Source: an uncultured Gemmatimonadaceae bacterium (lineage in GTDB: Bacteria > Gemmatimonadota > Gemmatimonadetes > Gemmatimonadales > Gemmatimonadaceae). Taken from it: 64,000 bases of DNA. Below are positions 56,104-64,000 of this stretch, piece by piece. The position numbers and the translations under genes are program-made. The stretch spans positions 64,001-128,000 of the forward strand of contig CAWGJO010000012.1 of the NCBI GenBank assembly GCA_963822945.1, read 5' to 3'. The notes beneath the pieces were generated by a model, which was not told the origin of the DNA, did no database searches, and worked only from the letters and a program-made list of their open reading frames with translations. Each line of letters opens with the position of its first letter. The first letter of the stretch is position 1.

Positions 56104-56230
56104 ACTGTTGGCCGGTCTGCCCGCCCGCCACGGCATCCATCACACCTTCGTGACCACGCCGGGTGCGCACCAGTGGCAGGTGTGGCGGCGCAACTTCATC
56201 GCGCTGGCGCCGCTGCTGTTCACCCACTGA
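56104..56230 (+). pseudogene. 3' remnant (~42 codons) of the esterase gene seen intact at 63037-64000
   Basis: ..[33 protein letters not shown] matches the esterase C-terminus; homology stops at 56104, 23 bp after the aminopeptidase stop. Confidence 0.7.
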
Positions 56231-59200
56231 TGTCGGTCGCGGCCCCCGTCTCGCACAGAATCCGGTCGAGGGTCTCGACGAGCAGGTCGCCGTCCGTCGT
56301 GTCGAACGGCATCGGCGGGCGGATCTTGATCACGTTGTGCGCCGGTCCGTCGGTGCCGAGCAGAATCCCCTGCTCGCGCATCCGGTTGGCGACGTAGGCG
56401 GCCGCCGCGCCCGCCGGTTCGAGTGTCACCCGGTCGCGCACCAGTTCCACGCCGAGGAAGAGGCCCGTACCGCGGACGTCGCCGACCAGCTCGTGCCGGT
56501 CGACCATCGGCCGGAGGCCGGCCAGGAGCCGCTCTCCCACGGCGAGCGCGTGTGCCTGCAACCGTTCGTCGCGCATCACGTCGAGCACCGCGAGCCCGAT
56601 GGCGCACGACACGGTGTTCCCACCGAAGGTGCTGAAGTACTCCATGCCGTTGTCGAAGGCATCGGCGATCGCCCGCGTGGTCACCACGGCCGCCAGGGGG
56701 TGCCCGTTGCCCAACGGCTTGCCCATCACGACGATGTCGGGCACCACGCCGTGCGCCTCGAACGCCCAGAAGTGGGTGCCGAGGCGGCCGAGCCCGGTCT
56801 GGACCTCGTCGGCGATGCAGACGCCGCCCGCCTCGCGCACGTGGCGGTACGCCTCCGCCAGGTAGCCGGGCGGCAGGATGATCTGCCCACCGACGCTCGG
56901 ACAGGTCTCGGCGATGAAGCCGCACAACCGGCGCCCCGACGCGCGGACCGCCTCGGCGAGTTCCGCCACGTGCTCGGCATACTTCGGCCCCGCCTCGGAG
57001 TCGTCCCGCCGGTACGGGCCGCGGAAGTCGTCGGGGAGCGGCGCCACGTGCACCCAATCCGGGGCCCCGCGTCCGCCGGGGCCGGCATGCTTGTACGGAC
57101 TGATGTCGATGAGCGTGGTCGTGTTGCCGTGGTAGGCCGCCTCGAGGACGATGAGGTCGCGCGCGTTCGTGTAGGCCCGGGCCAGTCGCAGCGCCAGCTC
57201 GTTGGCCTCGCTCGCCGAATTCGTGAAGTAGCAGACGCGCAGCGGTTCGGGCAGCGTCGCGGTGATACGCTCGGCGTATGCCGCCGGCAGATCGTTGAGA
57301 TAGCGCGTATTGGTGTTCAGCACGCGCATCTGGTCGGCGCCGGCGCGTACCACCCGTGGGTGCGCGTGCCCAACATGAGGAACGTTGTTGTAGGCGTCGA
57401 TGAATTGGCGGCCCGTCTCGTCGAACAGGTACTGCTTCCACCCGCGCACCACCTTCACCGGCTCCCGGTAGGCGACGCTGAGATTGCCGCCGAAGCGCGC
57501 GCGGCGTTCGGCCAGGGTGTGCGCGGCCGTCGGCGCGGCGGGTGGAAAGCGATCGGCGGGGATGCCGACGAGCAGGTTGGGATCGGGACAGATCGCGGTC
57601 CAGGCGGTGCGCTGGCTCGGAGCGACGACGCCGGGGAAGTCGAGCCCAAGCCCCAGCAGATCGACCATCACCTGCAGGTGCAGGTGCGGCGTCCATCCGC
57701 CGTTCACGTCGGCCGCGCCCAACGTGGCAATGCGCGCGCCCCGCGCGACGGACTGTCCAACGCGCACTCCATCGAGCGACTCGCGGCTCAGGTGCCCGTA
57801 GAGCGTGAAGAACGGAATGCCGTCCTCCGTCTCGTGTCGAAGGATGATGACGGGACCGTAGTCCAGCGCATTCGCATTGTCGTGGGCGGCATGCACCGTA
57901 CCGGCCAGCGGCGCGTGCACGGGGGTTCCGGCGTCGGCGAACAGGTCGAGCCCGATGTGGATGGTCCGGCGTTCATCCGTCATGCGCGGCCCGCCGGAGA
58001 AGAGCGGCGTCACGTACAGCAACCGCGCCTCGTCGTAGCGCCCCACCCCGACGCGGACCCCGGCCTCGCGCATCGCGTCGAACACGAGCGGAGTCAGATG
58101 CGGCTCTTCGCGTTCCGCGGGATCGCCGCTCACCAGCGGGCTGGGCACGCTCAGATCCAACACCAGCGACGGCTCGGTGCGCAGATCGACGCCGAGCACG
58201 GGCGCGAACTCGCGCGTCCGGGCGCCGAGCCAGGCGCGCACGCGCTCCGCATTCGGGACCGGGCGCAGCCCGCACGCGTCCCGCAGCATCGCTTCGGCCA
58301 CCGGAAATGCAATGGACGCCACGCGGGGGAGCGCGGCGCGGATCCGGGCCTGACTGATGCCCAGATAGTCGTTGTCGGGCCGGAGCCTCATCTGTTCGGC
58401 GGCGATACATGCGCTGACGCACAGCCGCATGGCGGCGAGTCCGAACACCGCGCGCAACTCGGCGTCGGCCAACGGCCGCTCGGCATGGAACGCCGCCACC
58501 ACCGGCGCGGCCGCGGCGATCGGATCGGGGGCGTCGAGGATTGCGTACGCCACGGCGATCGCGAGATCCGCCACGGCGTAGCTCTCCACCATGTCGCCGA
58601 AATCGACGATCCCACTCACGCGAAGCCCCGCGTCCGGCCCGTCGTCCCACGCCACGAGCACGTTGTAGTCGTTGAGGTCGCCGTGGATCACGGCCCGATC
58701 GAGCGCCGGGAGCACGGCGGCGGTGTGCGCATCGAAGTTCGCGCAGACGGCATCGATGGCGGCGCCGAGCCGGGGGTCGGTGATCGCGCCGCGCCGCTCG
58801 TCCACCACGCGCCGCGCGCCGGCCAGATCCCACGCGAACCGACGGTGCACGGCGGGGTGGTCGAAGCCGGCAAGCGCGGTATCGAGCCGGGCCACGGCGC
58901 GCCCCAGGCTCTGGAGCAGCGCCCGGGACGGCAGGCGCACGTCGGCCAGGGGCCGGCCCGGCAGGCGTGTGATGGCCCATGCCAGATGCTCGCGGCCATC
59001 GGGACTCACCACCCGCGTGAGTCGCTCGCCGCCGGCGGCCGGCATCACGCGCGGCGTGAGCGGAGTCCGGGCGGCCAGGTGATCGAGCGCCGCCTGCTGC
59101 GCCTCCAGGATCGCGCGCTCCTCGCGGGCATTCGCGATCTTGAGCACCGCGCCACCGCCGTGCCCGTCTCCCGGCTGCACCAGAAAGTTCTGGTCGCGTT

Positions 59201-59297
59201 CGCTGAACAGTGGGCGCACGGTTCCGCGAAGGCCGAACCGTTCGTGGGCGAGGCGGGCAGCGAACGCCTCGTCGAAGCGCGGAGCCGAATCGAGCAT
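56220..59297 (-). CDS. Fusion protein: aminoglycoside-phosphotransferase-like kinase + M23-like domain + class III PLP aminotransferase/phospho-lyase
   Basis: [78 protein letters not shown]. Confidence 0.92.
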   Translation of the reverse strand: MLDSAPRFDEAFAARLAHERFGLRGTVRPLFSERDQNFLVQPGDGHGGGAVLKIANAREERAILEAQQAALDHLAARTPLTPRVMPAAGGERLTRVVSPDGREHLAWAITRLPGRPLADVRLPSRALLQSLGRAVARLDTALAGFDHPAVHRRFAWDLAGARRVVDERRGAITDPRLGAAIDAVCANFDAHTAAVLPALDRAVIHGDLNDYNVLVAWDDGPDAGLRVSGIVDFGDMVESYAVADLAIAVAYAILDAPDPIAAAAPVVAAFHAERPLADAELRAVFGLAAMRLCVSACIAAEQMRLRPDNDYLGISQARIRAALPRVASIAFPVAEAMLRDACGLRPVPNAERVRAWLGARTREFAPVLGVDLRTEPSLVLDLSVPSPLVSGDPAEREEPHLTPLVFDAMREAGVRVGVGRYDEARLLYVTPLFSGGPRMTDERRTIHIGLDLFADAGTPVHAPLAGTVHAAHDNANALDYGPVIILRHETEDGIPFFTLYGHLSRESLDGVRVGQSVARGARIATLGAADVNGGWTPHLHLQVMVDLLGLGLDFPGVVAPSQRTAWTAICPDPNLLVGIPADRFPPAAPTAAHTLAERRARFGGNLSVAYREPVKVVRGWKQYLFDETGRQFIDAYNNVPHVGHAHPRVVRAGADQMRVLNTNTRYLNDLPAAYAERITATLPEPLRVCYFTNSASEANELALRLARAYTNARDLIVLEAAYHGNTTTLIDISPYKHAGPGGRGAPDWVHVAPLPDDFRGPYRRDDSEAGPKYAEHVAELAEAVRASGRRLCGFIAETCPSVGGQIILPPGYLAEAYRHVREAGGVCIADEVQTGLGRLGTHFWAFEAHGVVPDIVVMGKPLGNGHPLAAVVTTRAIADAFDNGMEYFSTFGGNTVSCAIGLAVLDVMRDERLQAHALAVGERLLAGLRPMVDRHELVGDVRGTGLFLGVELVRDRVTLEPAGAAAAYVANRMREQGILLGTDGPAHNVIKIRPPMPFDTTDGDLLVETLDRILCETGAATDISG

Positions 59298-59355
59298 GAG
59301 AAACGCTACACCGGCGCGCCGGGCGCGTCCATTGGCCGCCCCCATTTTGCGCGGT

Positions 59356-59364
59356 TGGTACAAT
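59356..59364 (+). promoter_or_regulatory. Extended -10 element (likely leaderless transcript) for the flavin oxidoreductase
   Basis: TG-G-TACAAT, 5 nt before the ATG at 59370; no SD. Confidence 0.45.
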
Positions 59365-59369
59365 TAGAC

Positions 59370-59613
59370 ATGACCAACAACACTTCCATTCCGCTGTTCG
59401 AACCGCTGACGATGCGCGGGGTCGAATTCCGGAATCGCATCTTCGTGTCGCCCATGTGCGAATATTCCAGCGTGGACGGCCTCCCCAACGACTGGCACCT
59501 GGTGCACCTCGGCAGCCGGGCCGTGGGCGGGGCCGGGCTGGTGCTGACCGAGGCGACGGCGGTGAGCCCCGAGGGGCGCATCTCGCCGGCCGACACCGGC
59601 ATCTGGAGCAGCG
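59370..59613 (+). pseudogene. 5' fragment of NADH:flavin oxidoreductase (Old Yellow Enzyme/NamA-like), cut at the fold-back junction
   Basis: [62 protein letters not shown]. Confidence 0.85.
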
Positions 59614-59656
59614 CGCAATACGCGACCAAGTACAGGTACATAAACGAAGTATTGCT
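59614..59656. other. Oxford Nanopore ligation-adapter-like remnant
   Basis: GCAATACG..AAGTACAGG (59615-59636) resembles the adapter reverse complement GCAATACGTAACTGAACGAAGTACAGG; GTATTGCT (59649-59656) matches the adapter 3' end. Adapter sequence recalled from memory. Confidence 0.8.
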
Positions 59657-59900
59657 CGCTGCTCCAGATGCCGGTGTCGGCCGGCGAGATGCGCCCCTCG
59701 GGGCTCACCGCCGTCGCCTCGGTCAGCACCAGCCCGGCGCCGCCAACGGCCCGGCTGCCGAGGTGCACCAGGTGCCAGTCGTTGGGGAGGCCGTCCATGC
59801 TGGAGTATTCGCACATGGGCGACACGAAGATGCGACTCCGGAATTCGACCCCGCGCATCGTCAGCGGTTCGAACAGCGGAATAGGAGTGTTGTTGGTCAT
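59657..59900 (-). pseudogene. Mirror copy of the flavin oxidoreductase 5' fragment
   Basis: Reverse complement of 59370-59613 with a few substitutions. Confidence 0.8.
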
Positions 59901-59973
59901 GTCTAATTGTACCAACCGCGCAAAATGGGGGCGGCCAATGGACGCGCCCCGGCGCGCGGGTGTAGCGTTTCCC

Positions 59974-62900
59974 ATGCTCGATTCCGCCCCCCGCTTCGAC
60001 GAAACGTCCGATGCCGGCCTCGCCCACGAACGGTTCGGCCTCCGCGGAACCTCTGCCCACTGTTCAGCGAACGCGACCAGAACTTTCTATTGAAGCCGGG
60101 AGAGGGCACGGCGGGGGCGCGGTGCTCAAGATCGCCAACCCGCGAGGAGCGCGCCCTCCTCGAGGCGCAGCAGGCGGCGCTCGTCACCTGGCCGCCGGAC
60201 TCCGCTCACGCCGCGCGTGATGCCGGCCGCCGGCGGCGAGCGACTCACGCGGGTGGTGAGTCCCGATGGCCGCGAGCATCTGGCATGGGCCATCACCGCC
60301 TGCCGGGCCGGCCCCTGGCCGACGTGCGCCTGCCGTCCCGGGCGCTGCTCCAGAGCCTGGGGCGCGCCGTGGCCCGGCTCGATACCGCGCTTGCCGGCTT
60401 CGACCACCCCGCCGTGCACCGCCGGTTCGCGTGGGATCTGGCCGGCGCGCGGCGCGTGGTGGACGAGCGGCGCGGCGCGATCACCGACCCCCGGCTCGGC
60501 GCCGCCATCGATGCCGTCTGCGCGAACTTCGATGCGCACACCGCCGCCGTGCTCCCGGCGCTCGATCGGGCCGTGATCCACGGCGACCTCAACGACTACA
60601 ACGTGCTCGTGGCGTGGGACGACGGGCCGGACGCGGGGCTTCGCGTGAGTGGGATCGTCGACTTCGGCGACATGGTGGAGAGCTACGCCGTGGCGGATCT
60701 CGCGATCGCCGTGGCATACGCAATCCTCGACGCCCCCGATCCGATCGCCGTGGCCGCGCCGGTGGTGGCGGCGTTCCATGCCGAGCGGCCGTTGGCCGAC
60801 GCCGAGTTGCGCGCGGTGTTCGGACTCGCCGCCATGCGGCTGTGCGTCAGCGCATGTATCGCCGCCGAACAGATGAGGCTCCGGCCCGACAACGACTATC
60901 TGGGCATCAGTCAGGCCCGGATCCGCGCCGCGCTCCCCCGCGTGGCGTCCATTGCATTTCCGGTGGCCGAAGCGATGCTGCGGGACGCGTGCGGGCTGCG
61001 CCCGGTCCCGAATGCGGAGCGCGTGCGCGCATGGCTCGGCGCCCGGACGCGCGAGTTCGCGCCCGTGCTCGGCGTCGATCTGCGCACCGAGCCGTCGCTG
61101 GTGTTGGATCTGAGCGTGCCCAGCCCGCTGGTGAGCGGCGATCCCGCGGAACGCGAAGAGCCGCATCTGACTCCGCTCGTGTTCGACGCGATGCGCGAGG
61201 CCGGGGTCCGCGTCGGGGTGGGGCGCTACGACGAGGCGCGGTTGCTGTACGTGACGCCGCTCTTCTCCGGCGGGCCGCGCATGACGGATGAACGCCGGAC
61301 CATCCACATCGGGCTCGACCTGTTCGCCGACGCCGGAACCCCCGTGCACGCGCCGCTGGCCGGTACGGTGCATGCCGCCCACGACAATGCGAATGCGCTG
61401 GACTACGGTCCCGTCATCATCCTTCGACACGAGACGGAGGACGGCATTCCGTTCTTCACGCTCTACGGGCACCTGAGCCGCGAGTCGCTCGATGGAGTGC
61501 GCGTTGGACAGTCCGTCGCGCGGGGCGCGCGCATTGCCACGTTGGGCGCGGCCGACGTGAACGGCGGATGGACGCCGCACCTGCACCTGCAGGTGATGGT
61601 CGATCTGCTGGGGCTTGGGCTCGACTTCCCCGGCGTCGTCGCTCCGAGCCAGCGCACCGCCTGGACCGCGATCTGTCCCGATCCCAACCTGCTCCTCGGC
61701 ATCCCCGCCGATCGCTTTCCACCCGCCGCGCCGACGGCCGCGCAGACCCTGGCCGAACGCCGCGCGCGCTTCGGCGGCAATCTCAGCGTCGCCTACCGGG
61801 AGCCGGTGAAGGTCGTGCGCGGCTGGATGCAGTACCTGTTCGACGAGACGGGCCGCCAATACATCGACGCCTACAACAACGTGCCGCACGTCGGCCACGC
61901 GCATCCGCGGGTGGTACGCGCCGGCGCCGCGCAGATGGGCATGCTCAACACCAACACGCGCTATCTCAACGATCGTGCCGGCGGACATACGCCGAGCGTT
62001 CACCGCGACGCTGCCCGAACCCCTGCGGTCTGCTACTTCACGGCATTCGGCAGCGAGGCCAACGAGCTGGCGCTGCGGCTGGCCCGCGCCCACACGGCGC
62101 GCGCGACCTGATCGTCCTGGAGGCCGCCTACCACGGCCACACGACCACGCTCATCGACATCAGTCCGTACAAGCATGCCGGCCCGGCGGACGCGGGGCGC
62201 CCGGATTGGGTGCACGTGGCGCCGATCCCGGACGTCTACCGCGGCGCCGTACCGGCGCGGACGACTCCGAGGCGGGGCCGAAGTACGCCGAGAGGTCGGC
62301 GGAACTCGCCGATGCGGTCCGCGCGCGGGGCGCCGGCTTGTGCGGCTTCATCGCCGAGACCTGCCCGAGCGTCGGTGGGCAGATCATCCTGCCGCCCGGC
62401 TACCTGGCCGAGGTCTACCGCCACGTGCGCGAGGCGGGCGGCGTCTGCATCGCCGACGAGGTGCAGACCGGGCTTCGGCCGGCTCGGCACGCACTTCTGG
62501 GCGTTCGAGGCCCACGACGTGGTGCCCGGACATCGTCGTGCTCGGCAAGCCGATCGGCAACGGGTACCCGCTGGCGGCGGTGGTGACCACGCGGGCGATC
62601 GCCGATGCCTTCGACAACGGCATGGAGTTCTTCAGCACCTTCGGTGGCAACACGGTGTCGTGCGCCGTCGGGCTCGCGGTGCTCGACGTGATGCGCGACG
62701 AACGGTTGCAGGCACACGCGCTCGCCGTGGGGGAGCGGCTGCTGGCCGGCCTCCGGCCGATGGCCGACCGGCACGAGCTGGTCGGCGACGTCCGCGGTTC
62801 GGGCCTGTTCCTCGGCGTGGAACTGGTGCGCGACCGGGTGACACTCGAACCGGCGGGCGCGGCGGCCGCCTACGTCGCCAACCGGATGCGCGAGCAGGGG

Positions 62901-63047
62901 ATTCTGCTCGGCACCGACGGGCCGGCGCACAACGTGATCAAGATCCGCCCGCCGATGCCGTTCGACACGACGGACGGCGACCTGCTCGTCGAGACCCTCG
63001 ACCGGATTCTGTGCGAGACGGGGGCCGCGACCGACATCAGTGGGTGA
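59974..63047 (+). pseudogene. Mirror copy of the kinase-M23-aminotransferase fusion gene with multiple frameshifts
   Basis: ORFs 59907..62111, 61975..62586 and 62175..63047 reproduce segments of the 56220-59297 protein. Confidence 0.85.
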
Positions 63048-64000
63048 ACAGCAGCGGCGCCAGCGCGATGAAGTTGCGCCGCCACACCTGCCACTGGTGC
63101 GCACCCGGCGTGGTCACGAAGGTGTGATGGATGCCGTGGCGGTCGAGCAGGCCGGCGAACAGTTCGTTGGGCGGGAACCAGACGCGGTCGTCCGTGCCGC
63201 AGGCGGTCCAGAGCAGTTTGAGGGTCGCGTTGGTCGCGGCAGGATGGTCGAGCACCTCCGCGAAGGTCTGTTCCAGCGCGGCCTGCCGGCGCGGAATGGC
63301 CGCGCTGAAGCCCGCCACCCAATGGAACAGCGCCGGATGCGTGAGTCCGATGGTGAGCGATTGGTTGCCGCCCATCGAGAATCCCGCAATCGCCCGGTGA
63401 TCCGCATCGGTGAACACGCGGTACTCGTGCTCGACGAGCGGCCGGATGGTTTCGAGCAGATCCTGCTCCACCAGCGTGGGCCCGCGCTCGGGCGGCTGGT
63501 TCAGCCCGAGGGTGGTGACGGTCTGCGGGTGGCCATAGGGCATGACCACGACCATCGGCTTCGCCCGTCCCTCGGCAATCAGGTTGTCGAGGATGAAGTT
63601 CGCCCGCCCCGTGGTGGTCCATCCTTGCTGCGTGAACCCGGCCCCGTGCATGAGATAGAGGACGGGATAGCGCGCGTCGCCGGCCTCGTATCCCGGCGGG
63701 GTGTACACGTACACGGCGCGGAGCCCGTGCAGCGCGGCGGAGTGATACCAGTTGATGTGCACGGTGCCATGCGGTACCGGGCGGGCATCCCACAACTCGG
63801 CGCTGTCTCCCGGCACCTCGATGAGGCTCGAGGCCGTGCGCGGACCGAGCGTGAGGCTCGGGTTCACCGGGTCCGGGACCGTGACGTCGTCGATCTGAAA
63901 CGTATAGTCGTAGAGATCGGGGGCGAACGGTCCGAGGGTTACGCTCCATACCCCGTTCGAGTCGCGGGTCATCGGCCGGCGCGGCTGGTCCTGGATCATA
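63037..64000 (-). CDS. Esterase (alpha/beta hydrolase, CE1-like with N-terminal Ig/E-set domain); 5' end off window
   Basis: [37 protein letters not shown] nucleophile elbow, GAHQWQVWR. Confidence 0.9.
   Translation of the reverse strand, partial: MIQDQPRRPMTRDSNGVWSVTLGPFAPDLYDYTFQIDDVTVPDPVNPSLTLGPRTASSLIEVPGDSAELWDARPVPHGTVHINWYHSAALHGLRAVYVYTPPGYEAGDARYPVLYLMHGAGFTQQGWTTTGRANFILDNLIAEGRAKPMVVVMPYGHPQTVTTLGLNQPPERGPTLVEQDLLETIRPLVEHEYRVFTDADHRAIAGFSMGGNQSLTIGLTHPALFHWVAGFSAAIPRRQAALEQTFAEVLDHPAATNATLKLLWTACGTDDRVWFPPNELFAGLLDRHGIHHTFVTTPGAHQWQVWRRNFIALAPLLFTH

Larger units (their letters stand above)
56104..63163. repeat. ~3.5 kb inverted duplication (arms 56104-59613 and 59657-63163), probable fold-back artifact
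   Basis: The arms are reverse complements over their length, and the 43-bp centre carries nanopore-adapter-like sequence. Confidence 0.93.

Noticed and set aside
59614..59656. Hairpin telomere, invertible-segment site or genuine palindromic amplification centre
   Set aside because: The centre resembles a sequencing adapter and cuts a gene mid-frame; no protelomerase or recombinase is nearby.

Overview
High-GC bacterial chromosome segment; gene order and content suggest Gemmatimonadota (inference, not verified). Most of the window is housekeeping genes on the minus strand: clpB, selB, recO, a cobalamin-riboswitch-led btuFCD-btuB B12 importer, metK, a mannose-family PTS/HprK/HPF cluster, nusB and rib genes, purM, argS, methylmalonyl-CoA mutase, fbp, comEC/comFB, miaB/mtaB, cdd-deoB-alr, mazG and asnS. 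The best candidate for an undescribed system is a ~0.9 kb cassette (30508-31410) that fills the fbp-mcm intergenic space. It carries a lone four-helix-bundle (23S-IVP/Avd-like) gene, opposite to the flanking genes. The gene sits between long imperfect inverted repeats built from 16-bp units, with internal 24-bp and 10-bp tandem arrays and no transposase, RT or target-site duplication. The ~7 kb palindrome at 56104-63163 has Oxford Nanopore adapter-like sequence at its centre and is most likely a fold-back read/assembly artifact. The many single-base frameshifts (purM, mcm, comEC, asnS and others) are probably long-read consensus errors.
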